DNA of 64,000 nt from Ginglymostoma cirratum (taxonomy: Eukaryota), in NCBI GenBank assembly GCA_024137785.1, contig JAHRHZ010000109.1, positions 787,659 to 851,658 of the forward strand, written 5' to 3'. The notes beneath the pieces are model-generated. The model did no database searches and was not told the origin of the DNA. It saw only the letters and a program-made list of their open reading frames with translations. Shown here piece by piece: positions 61,350-64,000 of this stretch. Both the position numbers and the translations under genes were made by a program. Numbering within the stretch: the stretch's first letter is position 1; each line of letters opens with the position of its first letter.

Positions 61350-64000
61350 TCGGGAAAGGACAAGGCCATTCAACTCATTTAGTGTTCCCCATTCTAGTTC
61401 ATGGATGAACATCTTTTCAATGTACTTCTCCCACACAGTGCACATATCCCTTAATGTGATTAATCATTGGAAAAAATATATAAATTAAGAACTGTAGCAG
61501 TAACTTCGGTCCATTGATTTTCCTCCACCACTCAACATAATGAGGCTGATCCTCTATCCCGTACTTCTGTTCTCTGTCCATCCATTTAGTGTCTAGAAAT
61601 CCTTTTTTATATTCAGTGTCTGGCTTCTACAGCCTTGTGTGGCAAAGTATTCCCAAGGCTCACCAGTCTCTGTATGCAGACATTAATGCTCATCTCATTG
61701 CACTGTGGCCTCCCTGTACCTAATACTGCAGCCCTTATTTTAGACATCCCCACCAAGGGCATTGTTCTACCTGCTTCCAAACTGTCTCACTCTGTGAGAG
61801 TTTTATATATTACACTGAGATCTTCACTCATTTCCCTAAGCCTCATGGAATTTCGGTCGAGTTGACTCGAACTCAGCTCAAACAATTCGCCTGTCATCCC
61901 AGAGATCAGTCTGGTCATCCTTCGCTGCGCTCCCTCAATATCAGGTTTAACCTTAATGAGGTAAGGAGACCAAAACTGCGCACAATACCGCACAATGTTC
62001 GAAATATAGTTTCATCAAGGACCTGGTCTCCAGTAATATAAACAGCCTTCCAACACCATCCTCCGTCTCCTGCTATTAAGACAATTATGAATGTGACGTG
62101 CCAAATTACCACTGATACCATCGAGTTGTACTTTCTTTATCAGTTTCCCATGTGGGACTTTGCGAAAAGGCCTTGCTGAAAAACCATATAAATGATCAGC
62201 TTGAAGAAATCAAGCAAATTTGTCAGGCATGACTCCCTCTAATAACGTCATCCTGACTATCCCCGATCAAATCTTGTCTTTCTAAATGCAGGTCAGTTTT
62301 GTCCTTTCCTATTTTCTCCCATGGTTTTCCTAACACTGATCTGATACTCACTGGTCGATCGTTGCCCGGCCTATCTCTGCAACCCTTCCTGTAAAGAGGA
62401 ACCACATTAGCTGTTCTCCAATTCTCTGGCACCTCTCTTGCGGCGAATCTTATAAATTTGGATCAGCGATTTCCCTCTCTTGTCTCCTACAGCTTCCTAC
62501 TATGCAAATCAGCCAGACTGGGGGCTTGGTCCAATTTTATACCAGCCATAACCATCAATCCCTGCTTGACTCGTATATCTATCTGCTCAAGGGCTTCACA
62601 GTCCATCTTCTTGAACTCTCTCCCAGCATCCTTGTTCTCCCAAGTAAAACAGACGTGAAATTGTTTGAAAGCATTTTTCTCCAGCTTCACACACAGATTG
62701 TCCGTTTGTTTCTGATAGGCCCGAATTGTTCCCTGATTATTATATCCACTTGATGTACATCTAGAATATTTTCAAATTATCCCTAATCTCACCTGCTTTC
62801 TGTCCTCCATGCCCCTGTGTTAGTCTGTCCCGTCTCTGTGAATTTCCGAAGTTTCACTGTTATCACTCTCACTCTTTGAAACACTGGAGAACACCGAACT
62901 ATTTTCTCATCAGACAATCTTGCCATCTGTGGGAGTAATCTCGAGAATACCCATTGCATTTCCTCTTCGTTCAGAATATTCTTTCTTCGAAAACTGTACA
63001 CAATACTTCAGGCACAGTCTCACCAACACCCTATGGAATTGCTGCAGGACATCTCTATTTCTGTATTCCGATTCCCTATATATTAAGGTAAACCTAGCTT
63101 TCACTTTTCCATTTGCATACGTTCCTCCCTACACGCTTTGCTTTAATTTACTAACTCACTGTGTGATCTCTTGGAAAATCCTCCTGAATATCCATATGTC
63201 CCACATCCACTGGTTCACCCTTGTCTATGCCTATAAGAAACATCTTCAAACAATTTGAAAAAGAAAGCTTGTCAATTATAATTTTCATTTCATAAATTCA
63301 TTCGTATTCTCTCCAATTTTGCTATTGCTTCCTAAATATCCAATATCATATCTTTTATAATAGATTCCAACAGATTCCCTCCTGTGAATTACAAGTTAAT
63401 TGGTCTGTAGTTGGCCAATGTTCCTCTTCTTCTCCTCTTAAACCGTTTGATTATTTTTATAACATTCCAGATATGCAGGTTGGCTTACTGCATTGGAGAA
63501 AGTATAGGATAATAACACAATGATCCCCAATGCACTCAATATATCTATTGTTGCTTCCTCCGAAATTCTATGATGAAGTGCATCTGGTTCGTCAGACTAA
63601 TCGATGTTCAATCCAGCTATGTTTTCAAATACTACCACATCACTGTTACAAATGATTTTAATCTTTAATTAGACAAGTCCCACGGTCACTTCATATGTCT
63701 GGGAAATTTTCTGGATCTTCCTCCATGAAGATAGGTGCAAGGGAACTATTTAGTTTCCCTGCAGTATCTCTGTTGTCTACAATAAATTATCCTGTCCGCA
63801 CATTCACTGTTCCATATTTAATACTGTTTTCATTTTTGCTTTTTGGATGACGTTATATATCTTGATAGTTTACATTCTTGTGCTCTTTTCTATTTTTATT
63901 TTTTTTTGTTTAAATGTCTCTCAATCCATTGGTTTACCACTATATCCGACAATCTACTTCTTTTGATCTAATGCAATCTTTAACTTCTTTCATTAACAAT
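61350..64000 (-). mobile_element. Series of decayed CR1 fragments
   Basis: YCAQFWSPYL, PENWRTANVVPLYRKG and LVRLCLKYCVQF motifs on the minus strand. Confidence 0.75.

Overview
Eukaryotic vertebrate genomic DNA, very probably a shark or other cartilaginous fish (inferred from HE1-type V-SINEs, Deu-domain SINEs, CR1 LINEs and Penelope-like elements). The window is part of a cluster of two-exon class A orphan GPCR genes of the GPR139/GPR142-like type. It holds (i) an intact large second exon on + (278-1185), (ii) a convergent paralogous second exon on - (20541-19634) with no frameshift but two in-frame TGA codons, both aligning to cysteines of the intact paralogue, and (iii) two paralogous first exons on - (about 29.26-29.47 kb, donor lost; 52068-52326, intact) with homologous promoters and variable N-terminal heptad repeats. 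No second exon is visible between the two first exons. The rest is repeat-dense: a near full-length CR1 (54.2-58.6 kb), many CR1 fragments, several Penelope-like elements with inverted ends and hammerhead-ribozyme cores (one with a 17-bp TSD), a Tx1-type ORF1 relic, four degenerate tandem arrays (about 100, 37, 26 and 42 bp units; the 37-bp one is built on an RFX X-box-like motif), decayed tRNA genes and three assembly gaps. Repeat boundaries and copy numbers were estimated by eye, and family names come from motif recognition rather than database searches.
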